A stretch of 61,926 bases of DNA, from positions 1-61,926 of the IMG/VR virus record IMGVR_UViG_3300020042_007772, one strand, 5' to 3'. Position 1 is the stretch's first letter, and every line of letters starts with the position of its first letter. Origin of the DNA: a virus (lineage: Duplodnaviria; Caudoviricetes). Below are positions 36,513 to 45,319 of this stretch, in pieces. The position numbers were made by a program, and so were the translations under genes. The notes below the pieces were generated by a model, which saw only the letters and a program-made list of their open reading frames with translations, was not told where the DNA came from and ran no database searches.

Positions 36513-37277
36513 TTAAATACTGTATTTATTCTGTTCAAAACTTTTTTTGCCAACGGGAGAAAACATAGTGGCTGTTTGAGGTTGGTTTACCGGCGCCACT
36601 TGTTTTGGTGCTGCTGTTTCTTTTTTATTAGCAGCAGATTTCAACATATCTTGAGCAATTTTTTGACTTTCGCTAATTGATTTAAGTTCTGAAGTACCGC
36701 CCTTAAAACCGCCACCACCATAAGCCACGGCAGCAATATTACCAGCCATTGGAAGGTAAGTACCAACTTGCTGTGCCAACTTACTATCTTTTGATCCCTC
36801 AGAAATACCTGCACCAAGTCCTTTTGCCGTTTGTTGTATTGCGGTTCCGGTAGCCCCTCCTCCGGTTAAAACTCCGCCTGTAATAGCGCCAGCAGCTGTT
36901 CCGTATCCACGAATAGAGTTCTGCTCACGCTTCTCATCTTCTGAATTATTTCCAACATTTTGAAGGGCATCATAACCCATGTCAGTAAACTGATCAGTTG
37001 CACCCATTGAAACTGTGTCAAGAACTCCCTCTCCGGCTCCATAAGCACCGGCTGCTACGTTTTTCCAGAACCTTCCGTTCTTGGCAATGTCATCAGCATC
37101 TTTTGTGCCGTCTACCTTTCGAACATATCCATTTCCAACTTCAAGGTTAATGCCGCCATTAGCGTGGCTCTTGCCCTTAAATTCTTTCATTACTTCCCAT
37201 TTACCACCAGGAGTGAAAGAACCTCGTCTATTGTTTTGCACATTTTTTAGTGCGGCCATAACCTTTGGATTGTTCAT
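36513..37277 (-). CDS. Gly-rich protein with GKSHANGGI motif and glycine-zipper-like helices
   Basis: FKGKSHANGGINL; GYGTAAGAITGGVLTGG. Confidence 0.75.
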   Translation of the reverse strand: MNNPKVMAALKNVQNNRRGSFTPGGKWEVMKEFKGKSHANGGINLEVGNGYVRKVDGTKDADDIAKNGRFWKNVAAGAYGAGEGVLDTVSMGATDQFTDMGYDALQNVGNNSEDEKREQNSIRGYGTAAGAITGGVLTGGGATGTAIQQTAKGLGAGISEGSKDSKLAQQVGTYLPMAGNIAAVAYGGGGFKGGTSELKSISESQKIAQDMLKSAANKKETAAPKQVAPVNQPQTATMFSPVGKKSFEQNKYSI

Positions 37278-37279
37278 AG

Positions 37280-37750
37280 TTACGCTTGAAGTCTTAGGTT
37301 GACAAATCCCACTCCCACAGATTCCACTTCGGCCATAAGGTCGGCATATTCGCCCACAGCCTTTCGTTGAAATTTGATGTATTTCTGGATGTCTACTTTG
37401 AGTGAGTTGCTCTCGGCTTTATCATATGCTTTATCATACTTCTTCAACAGTCCTAGTTCTAGGTCGTAGGAAGCCATAAGAACGCCCTCAACAGACTCAT
37501 CTTTGAACACCACCTCTTTTGTTGATGGCACTTCAATCTCAAAGCCATAGTCGTTGGCTATGTCTCTCCAGCCAATCCAATGCTCTAGTTCGTTTGCGGA
37601 TTCCGCTTCATAGAACTTCTGGAAGCCTTGTAGTTGTTTTGTCTGGGAACAAGCAGCAGCGTACAAATAATGCCTGTTGGCGTATAGTTCTTCGGCTGCC
37701 AGACTTTGAATCAGGTCTTGGTCGGAGATGCAGATGATTGCCTTTTTCAT
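37280..37750 (-). CDS. Ferritin-like protein
   Basis: EELYA...Y, GFQKFY..ES.NELEH, YDLE, FQRK: four-helix ferritin pattern. Confidence 0.8.
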   Translation of the reverse strand: MKKAIICISDQDLIQSLAAEELYANRHYLYAAACSQTKQLQGFQKFYEAESANELEHWIGWRDIANDYGFEIEVPSTKEVVFKDESVEGVLMASYDLELGLLKKYDKAYDKAESNSLKVDIQKYIKFQRKAVGEYADLMAEVESVGVGFVNLRLQA

Positions 37751-37798
37751 AATGGGGTAAAGGTAAAAACTTTTTGTTTAAAAATAGGGTGATTTAAC

Positions 37799-40700
37799 CT
37801 ACGGACAGTCAATCTTAATTAACCCTTTGCTTTCCATTTCCTTGAGCATCTTCTCTCCGTTGCGATGAATGTCTTCCATGCGCTTGAACTCTTCAGGGCC
37901 AACATTGTCTTTTAATTCTGCCCTAGCATCTCGGCCAGCTTCGCCCTTCATTTCAAACTGTTTTCCAAAAACAATGCTTCCGGCAATCAGATCAGTAAAC
38001 TCCTCTAGTGTCAAGTCTTTGATTGGCTTAGTTATCCCAAGCTTCTCTCCAATCTTTTTCCACATTCCATTTAGCCAATCCAAGAAATCCTTTCGCTTGG
38101 ACTCAGTTAGTTGCTTGCCCTTCTCTCCGATGGCCTGTGCTAACGCTTCTTCACTTGCGGCGGCACCTTCAAGCCCTAATGCTTTGGCGTTGTCCATGTA
38201 AGAAGTATTCTGGATCAACTCCACTCCCTTGGCATGAAGTTCCGGTGCGGCTTCTTTTAGCAACGGCATAAAAATATGTCCGGCTAATTCATGGATAGGC
38301 GTTTCGGCATTGGTTGTAGCAGGGTCAATCCACACCTTGTAAGAGCCGTCTGGTTGCGGTTGAACGAAGCCCAGGATTGTGCCTTTGGCGTCTTTCATGA
38401 ACAATGGCACAACCTTCCCTCCTTCTTCTGACTCATTGTTTTCTGCAAATTTTGATGGGGCAAATGGAGACTTTTTCTTGTATGTCAAATCCATCCACTT
38501 CAACTTTTGTTGCATATCCAATGGATCGTAGTCCTCAAACATACGTTCAACGCTTTCTCTCGCTGCTTGCAACCCCTCATCATAACTAAACTCATCTTCA
38601 TCCAAGAAATCTTGATATGCACCATTAGGATCATTTTGCTTTAAAAACTGAACCATTTGTTCCAAAGAATATCTATTTAGATTCTCTAAAATATCTCTTG
38701 GTTTTGCTGCTACTAATAAATCGGTTTCGGTTAATGGGATACCACTTGGCTCTAATGGCCCTCGCATATACATCGTGTTCTTGTCCGTATCCCCAAACTG
38801 TTTCTTCAAACGCTTGCTTTCCTCGTATATCTTTCGGAATTCCGGATCAGACAAGTTCGTTTTGTTCTTGTAGCTGTCAATCATATCGACACCTCCAAAG
38901 GTGCCTCCATCAGAATGATATGCTTTACCATCTTTATATCCCCAGTTTCTTGGTGCAGTAAAATCGGGCCATAGGACATCATAACTCATGATGTCTTGCA
39001 ATCCATATTTAGTAAGCACATCTTGAAGTTTTGAAGTTTTGTTATCAAAATCTTTCTGACTGAACGCAGACAAGTCGGATAACATTTTTCCTGCTGTTGT
39101 CTTACCTATTACATTGCCATCTTCATCAAATGTTTCTACAACATCCGCTGCTTTCATTTTGGGCGTGTTTTCCGCAACAACATAATTCAAGCCTCTTTCA
39201 AATACTTCTGGAATAATTCCCTTTAAATAGAAATCGCCTTCGTAAATGTTCTGGGTCAATCCTCTTGCTGTTTTGGCAACCTTTAGAACTTTGCCATCGC
39301 CCAGGTTATACACATCCCTGTCGCTTCCGCTGCCAATTTTCTTTAGCTTAGAGAAATCAAATCGCCCTCTTGCTACCTGGTCAGTATCGTAAGCAAAACC
39401 TATTGGCTTGCCATCTCTTGTTTGGAAGCCAGCGCCTATGCTTTGTCTACTTTCAAAAGCATCAAATAACACTATTTGTTGATCCCTTGCTACGTCTTCG
39501 GTTTCTGCAAGCAATGTTGCTCTCCTTTCTTCCGGAGACATTTTTAACCGATTTTCAACATTTCTAGATTCTACTTCTCCGGCAAGTTTTGTGTATCCTG
39601 TGTAAGAAGAAATATTGTCTCTTTGAAATATTTTGGGAAGATTTTGTTCTAATAAAAAATACTCTTTCCAGTCTATTTTTGATAATGCTTTATTATGAAT
39701 ATCTAAATTTTTTTTTGTTTCTCTTTTGCCCTTTGAATTTTGCCATATGTTTTTAAGTTTATGGACTTCTGCCATTTGATTTTTTATAACCTCAAGCCTT
39801 CTTGCAATTGTTAATTCATTACCTCCAGAAGCAAACCCTTCTTCATCTTGTATGACGTGTTGAATTTCGTGAATCAAAGCAGACCTAGCTTCTTTCATTG
39901 TTCTTCCAGAAGCATAGATTGTATTTTCTTTTGGGAAATAAGCACCAGAATGCTCTGCGTCAGACCCGTAATAAAAAACATTTACCTTTACATCTTTAAG
40001 GAATGGATACGCAGCAAATATTTCAGGAGCGTCTATAAGGACATCTAAAGAAGGAGGGCCATCTCCTTGATATGAATTATATCGTTTTGTGTTTATTTTT
40101 ATGTTGTCTGGTATTTCATACCTCCACTTCCCATCAACTCCTTTTTCCCATCCAGTAGCCATTCGGATAGCTTTGGCATCTTTGCCAGCCTTTTCCATTT
40201 TTTTAGCAACAGACAAGTCTTTCAAAATAGCATCGGCGTTATTCATCCGAGCAACACCAGTTTCTCCGACTATCTGAAACTTATTGCGAGAATCGCCAAC
40301 TATCTCCGCCGCTTCTTCATCGCTAATAAACTTGACTTTTGCTTTGAGTCCTAGTTTCTTTAAGGCCGCATTAAACGCCTTCCTGGTTTTCTCGATGAAT
40401 GGGTTGGGCTTGGCTTTTGGAGCGGGGGCTTCCTCCTTTTCTTGCTGCGCCAACAAGTCGCTTATTGGCTTGTTGAATTTATTGTATACTTCATCATAAG
40501 CGGCCCTGTCTGCATCGTTATTAAGCTTCTTTCTATCCACTCTGCCATCTGCTCCACGGTACTTGTCTGCATTCTTTATCTTGCTGTCAAGTTCCGCTTG
40601 CTCTTTGGCTCGGAGGTCGGTGATTTGATCGGCTAGTGAGGATGGGGTGGCAGTTGGTGATTTTTTTGGAGTTGGGAGAGATGTGTTTAACGGAGCATCT

Positions 40701-43700
40701 ATTTGATTTCCACCAATCCATTCTAACTGACCTTTTTCAATTATTTGCCAATTACCATTTTTATCTTTTTCCAGTTTTGCGGGAATTGTAATTTTAAAAT
40801 CTTTTGCACCAGTTACTCCTTTAAAAGCAAAAGCTTTTGCAAGCCCAGTCAAATTTGAAAGCCACTCGTCAAGTGTAGATTTATTTGACTCTACCGTTGC
40901 GGTAGCTTTGTCCCCATTAATAGATAATTTATAATCTCCAAAACGGCTTTCGCTTTTTGTAGTTTGACCTCCCAAGGGCGACAAATATTCAACAGTACCA
41001 CTACCGGTTGGTTCAACGGCTACCTCGGCAGCCCCTTGCTGTGCTGGTTGAGTTTGCTCCACTTGTGGTAATGGAACGGTAGCGGGTTGTGCTTCGGTAG
41101 TGGCAGTTGTCCCACCTTCATTAGATGCGGGAACCACTCCGGCATCAATAACAACATTCTCTGATCCTGTTGGACTGACCACTCCTGCGTCCACATTAGG
41201 GCTGCCAGTTCCTGCGTTAGTGTTGTCATTGGTTTGCTGTCCATTGTTTATTACCCAACCATCACTTAAAACACCTAAAAGGCCCCACGGATTATTTGTC
41301 CCGTCTTCTATTATTTTGTTTCCGTCCCACGTCCCCGTTCGCTCTCTTTCTTGAAAAAATGTTAATTTATCTCCTACCGACAATTGCTTGGCAACCAATT
41401 CAGGGTCGTTTACTAGACTGCCTTTTCTCTGCAATCCTGTGCCGTCTGAAATCCTTTCTGTGTCTTTTAATGTAAAAGTCTTACCAACGCTTGAATTAGG
41501 TTGCTGCTTATTAGCCTCCAACTGCATCTGCACCATTATCCGATAGTTCGGGTCTTCTGGCAAGTCCTCCAACGTCATTTCGCCATTCCTCACCGCATCA
41601 GCATCCTCTTGCACACCGGCCAACCTTTCCGGATCAACCTGCCCTTGCTTGAACGCATTCAGTTCGTCGTCGGTGACGGTGACGTATTCTACGACAGATG
41701 CTGCTGGTTTAGCAGCCTTTCCTACCATATCTACTTTCTCTATCAATGATTTGTACTCACCAGTCCCCATGTTAGAAGACATACCGCTTAATTTCACACT
41801 TCTATCTTGAATCAATTGTTGAAAGTCAGGCGTGTCAAGCATTCTTGAGAACTCCGCTGGCTTGTAGAAGTACGTACTTCCATCCGACAATCCAACCGAA
41901 ATCAGTTCTGCATTGCCGGTTTTTAAGAAGTTGTCAAATGCCGACTGTGCTTCTTTAATAAGTTGCGGATCCGCACTGGCTTTTGCTTGTTCTAGGTCAT
42001 TAAATAGTATACCTCCAATTTTGGCTCCGGTTCCATTAAGGCCAAGTTTCTTAGCTTGCGGCGACCAGGTATCATAGTTGTTTATAAAACCTGATAGTCG
42101 TTCATTTTGCTCTGGGGTTATTTTGCCATCAATAAACAAACTGCCAAGCATTGATTTTGCAAAAGCAGCTCCTTTTTCGTTGTGTATTTGAGCAAAGAAT
42201 TGTGCTTGGTTTTCATCGTTTAACTCGGTAGACAAAACTTCTTTTGCCCGAAATGCTTTCACTGCCCGGTCGGCAAAGTTCTTTTCAATAATATCTCTTC
42301 CTCCTTGAAATAAATGTGGCGCACCACCAAGAATGGCAATGGGTGCCATTTGTAATCCGGTATCAAGAATATGTTCAATGGTTAGTTCTTTGAATGTATC
42401 CTTTAGGCGTTCTCCTGCCAAAATACTTTTTTCTTGAGCGCCTTGAACAGATTCAGTATAGGTTTCTGTGACCATTTCTAATCCGGCTCCAAAGGCTGTT
42501 CTTCCTAAAACACCTGTTAGCCCAGGGACTCCTTTTAATGCATTTGCAAAGAATGGTAAACTACCAACTACGTATGCTGGGTAGTTATAAAGATTACCTT
42601 CAAAAGCATCTCTGGCCGCATTTCCTGCATCAACGGCACTGCCTGTTTTATCAAGCATTTGCTTGTATATTGTACCAGAAATATCGGCAGACTCAGCCAT
42701 CATATCGGCAAATCCGGTAAGCATTAATCTTACTGCTAGTGGTACTCCGGCTCCTTGCGTAGCCGCCGCAGTGGTTGCACCGACTATAAGGCTTGGCACC
42801 ATTCTACCAAGAATATCTCCCGTGCCGTGTGCAGCTTTTATAGGGTCAAGCCAGTCTTCTTTAGTGGTTACTGCTATGTTTGATGGATGGTAATTGTTGG
42901 ATATCACATCTCCCAATTGAGCAACTTTTCCTAGCCCAAAGGTTGTAGCATATCCAGAAACTCCGGCACCAAAGCTTGAAATGGTTGAGTTGGCAAGTTG
43001 ATTCCAGAACCCAAGACTTTGGTCGTCGGCAAACTCTTTCAAGTCTTTTTCTTTCAATACTTTGGCATACGCTTCTTTGTATGCGGCTTTTATTTTCTCA
43101 ACTGTTTCTGGGTTTGTCTTGTACTGCTTTTTAACGGCTTCTAGTTCTGAGTTGATTTTAGCGTTTGCCAATCCAACAATTTCGGTGGCTTCTCTTTTGT
43201 AACGCCTGTTAAACCTGGTACTGGTTTCGTTTAAAGCGTTCGTGTATTGTTGAAAAGCATTGGCGTATTTTGCACCGTACTTTTGTTTAGCTAGTGCATT
43301 TATCCGTTGCTTTTTCTCTTCTAATTTTTTAGGATCATTAAACAATTCATACTCTTTGTCACGAGCCGCAGTGGCTTGTATAACGGTCATTTTGTTGCTA
43401 TTGACTAACTGCTGGTATTTCTCGTGAATTTGTTTTGCAGTTTGTTTGTCTTCTGCAATAATGGTCTTTCTTAGAGCATCTATTTCTGGATCGGCGGCAC
43501 TTTCTTTATTCAAGTCCGCTACCAGCGTTTTATAATCTTTTTCGTATTGGCTTGTTATTGCCTTTTGTTCTACGTTTAATTGGTCTGCAACAACCTTTTG
43601 TTCTATCTCGGCTTGTGTTTTAAGACCTTGTATTTTGGTGTTTTCTTTTACAACTTTTTCAAACTCTTTTTGAGCAAGATTTTTTGGAGTTTGGTTGCCA

Positions 43701-45319
43701 AGCAGACTGAATACTTCTTTTTCAACATCTGGCTCAATTTGTTTATGCTCAACGTAAGCTTTCATTTGGCTTGCTATTCGTTGTTGGGCATATCCAGTTT
43801 CGGGAAGACCAGATTTTTTTGCTATTTCTCTGGATAGATTTTGAATTTTATCAAGTGATACAATTCGTTTTTTAGTTGATGGATTGTAGTCCATAAACTT
43901 TGACTCATCAGCGTTTTTGTAGGCATCATCTATTATTTTATCAATAGTCGGCCCTGCTCCCAAAAGTGATTTTTCTGCGTTTGTTTTTAACCCAGGAATT
44001 TCTTTTGAAAGCTTCAATTGGGTGCCGAAGTCGTAATCACCGTATTGCAATCCTTGTCCAGCTGCCTTGGATTGTTTCTCTAATTCCTGGTATTGTTTAT
44101 CCGCATCTCTGTATTGAGTTTGAGCCTCTTCGTATGCTTTTAGCGGTGATGGATTAACGGCAACTTTTTTACCTTTCTCAACTCCGGTTTCATTTCCAAA
44201 GAAACCTTTAACGCTTTTAATGGCCGAGGTAACAAATGGGATTACTCCAAATACCGTTTTTTCCGCAGAAGTAATAAACCGATCAGCTTTTTTTTCCTCT
44301 ACGGGTTTGACGGGCTGCGGTTCTTTCATTGGCGTCACCACTTGCTGACGAGTCATGTCGGTAAGCGAAGTACCAGTTTTAGGTTGTGAAGCTGGAGGTT
44401 CTTTTCGGTTTTTATCAACAGAAGCAATATCCCATTTCATGTTTGGGTGAAGTTGCTTCAAGTTTTCAATTCTTTCTTTAAATGGTGTAATGGTTGTGCC
44501 ATTATAACTAGATGAAGATTCTGCAATACCAAGATTGCCGTCTTTATCTCTGACAACAAATCCAATATGATCAATTCCCTTGCCTTCAATATCCATGACA
44601 ATTATGTCACCGTCTATTGATTTGTCTACTGGGATATTTTTGGTTTTGGCTGAACTATAAAGCTTTGCTGCATTTGTTGTATTTGGATTGTATTCAATCC
44701 CCTTTATTTTCAAAACGTGGCACACAGCCCCACTACAATCAATGTCTTTTCCTTTTATGTCTTTTGCTCCGTATCGATATTTATCATCTGGAAGAGTGTC
44801 GGAAAATTGTTTTGCTGTCGGACTATCAAACAAACCTTTATAGTTTGGCAATGCTGCCACACCTTCTTTTTGAGGAGTAGCCGTTGGTACGTTTGTTATT
44901 GGCCGTAACAATTTAGGCACCACCGAAGATGCTGTTTGTGTTTCTGTGCCAACAACAGGTGACTGCGATTTTTCTTTACTTTGAATTTCTTGCAAGAAAT
45001 TGCCCCGTTGCCCAAATTGATTAAATGAATTTGGTTGTCCAAACTGAGGTTGTGCTGGTTGGTTTGGCTGGGAGATTGTAGGCGTCTGAACAGATTGTGA
45101 TGGGGCTTGTGGGGTGCGAAGACCTTTTCTAATCCAATATTCATCAACCCCAACCGGAGTTGCTAGGTCATAATCTACCAAATCCTGATACAAATCATCT
45201 TGAACTTTTTTATCAACTACAAACTCCCTAAATTGACCATAAGTCATTCCTTGGTAATCGTCTTTCAACCCGTTTGTCTCACGGATTGCGTCGTATACTT
45301 TGCGAAGTTTATCTTCCAT
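37799..45319 (-). CDS. Giant polyvalent (probable ejection) protein, 2506 aa: NlpC/P60, LPD23/zincin, kinase-like, zincin
   Basis: YRYGA...IDCSG...GD...HIGF (about 44420-44800); TGWEKGVDGKWRYEI and HEIQH...AGEVESR (about 39470-40220); IGSGSDRDVY...VLKVA...D.....NWG...SDGG (about 38890-39350); HELAGH...EEALA (about 38100-38300). Confidence 0.85.
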   Translation of the reverse strand: MEDKLRKVYDAIRETNGLKDDYQGMTYGQFREFVVDKKVQDDLYQDLVDYDLATPVGVDEYWIRKGLRTPQAPSQSVQTPTISQPNQPAQPQFGQPNSFNQFGQRGNFLQEIQSKEKSQSPVVGTETQTASSVVPKLLRPITNVPTATPQKEGVAALPNYKGLFDSPTAKQFSDTLPDDKYRYGAKDIKGKDIDCSGAVCHVLKIKGIEYNPNTTNAAKLYSSAKTKNIPVDKSIDGDIIVMDIEGKGIDHIGFVVRDKDGNLGIAESSSSYNGTTITPFKERIENLKQLHPNMKWDIASVDKNRKEPPASQPKTGTSLTDMTRQQVVTPMKEPQPVKPVEEKKADRFITSAEKTVFGVIPFVTSAIKSVKGFFGNETGVEKGKKVAVNPSPLKAYEEAQTQYRDADKQYQELEKQSKAAGQGLQYGDYDFGTQLKLSKEIPGLKTNAEKSLLGAGPTIDKIIDDAYKNADESKFMDYNPSTKKRIVSLDKIQNLSREIAKKSGLPETGYAQQRIASQMKAYVEHKQIEPDVEKEVFSLLGNQTPKNLAQKEFEKVVKENTKIQGLKTQAEIEQKVVADQLNVEQKAITSQYEKDYKTLVADLNKESAADPEIDALRKTIIAEDKQTAKQIHEKYQQLVNSNKMTVIQATAARDKEYELFNDPKKLEEKKQRINALAKQKYGAKYANAFQQYTNALNETSTRFNRRYKREATEIVGLANAKINSELEAVKKQYKTNPETVEKIKAAYKEAYAKVLKEKDLKEFADDQSLGFWNQLANSTISSFGAGVSGYATTFGLGKVAQLGDVISNNYHPSNIAVTTKEDWLDPIKAAHGTGDILGRMVPSLIVGATTAAATQGAGVPLAVRLMLTGFADMMAESADISGTIYKQMLDKTGSAVDAGNAARDAFEGNLYNYPAYVVGSLPFFANALKGVPGLTGVLGRTAFGAGLEMVTETYTESVQGAQEKSILAGERLKDTFKELTIEHILDTGLQMAPIAILGGAPHLFQGGRDIIEKNFADRAVKAFRAKEVLSTELNDENQAQFFAQIHNEKGAAFAKSMLGSLFIDGKITPEQNERLSGFINNYDTWSPQAKKLGLNGTGAKIGGILFNDLEQAKASADPQLIKEAQSAFDNFLKTGNAELISVGLSDGSTYFYKPAEFSRMLDTPDFQQLIQDRSVKLSGMSSNMGTGEYKSLIEKVDMVGKAAKPAASVVEYVTVTDDELNAFKQGQVDPERLAGVQEDADAVRNGEMTLEDLPEDPNYRIMVQMQLEANKQQPNSSVGKTFTLKDTERISDGTGLQRKGSLVNDPELVAKQLSVGDKLTFFQERERTGTWDGNKIIEDGTNNPWGLLGVLSDGWVINNGQQTNDNTNAGTGSPNVDAGVVSPTGSENVVIDAGVVPASNEGGTTATTEAQPATVPLPQVEQTQPAQQGAAEVAVEPTGSGTVEYLSPLGGQTTKSESRFGDYKLSINGDKATATVESNKSTLDEWLSNLTGLAKAFAFKGVTGAKDFKITIPAKLEKDKNGNWQIIEKGQLEWIGGNQIDAPLNTSLPTPKKSPTATPSSLADQITDLRAKEQAELDSKIKNADKYRGADGRVDRKKLNNDADRAAYDEVYNKFNKPISDLLAQQEKEEAPAPKAKPNPFIEKTRKAFNAALKKLGLKAKVKFISDEEAAEIVGDSRNKFQIVGETGVARMNNADAILKDLSVAKKMEKAGKDAKAIRMATGWEKGVDGKWRYEIPDNIKINTKRYNSYQGDGPPSLDVLIDAPEIFAAYPFLKDVKVNVFYYGSDAEHSGAYFPKENTIYASGRTMKEARSALIHEIQHVIQDEEGFASGGNELTIARRLEVIKNQMAEVHKLKNIWQNSKGKRETKKNLDIHNKALSKIDWKEYFLLEQNLPKIFQRDNISSYTGYTKLAGEVESRNVENRLKMSPEERRATLLAETEDVARDQQIVLFDAFESRQSIGAGFQTRDGKPIGFAYDTDQVARGRFDFSKLKKIGSGSDRDVYNLGDGKVLKVAKTARGLTQNIYEGDFYLKGIIPEVFERGLNYVVAENTPKMKAADVVETFDEDGNVIGKTTAGKMLSDLSAFSQKDFDNKTSKLQDVLTKYGLQDIMSYDVLWPDFTAPRNWGYKDGKAYHSDGGTFGGVDMIDSYKNKTNLSDPEFRKIYEESKRLKKQFGDTDKNTMYMRGPLEPSGIPLTETDLLVAAKPRDILENLNRYSLEQMVQFLKQNDPNGAYQDFLDEDEFSYDEGLQAARESVERMFEDYDPLDMQQKLKWMDLTYKKKSPFAPSKFAENNESEEGGKVVPLFMKDAKGTILGFVQPQPDGSYKVWIDPATTNAETPIHELAGHIFMPLLKEAAPELHAKGVELIQNTSYMDNAKALGLEGAAASEEALAQAIGEKGKQLTESKRKDFLDWLNGMWKKIGEKLGITKPIKDLTLEEFTDLIAGSIVFGKQFEMKGEAGRDARAELKDNVGPEEFKRMEDIHRNGEKMLKEMESKGLIKIDCP

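Noticed and set aside
36511-36553. Programmed frameshift joining 36513-37277 to the 783-aa ORF
   Set aside because: An ATG at 36511 lies 1 nt after the stop, so ordinary translational coupling explains the apparent overlap
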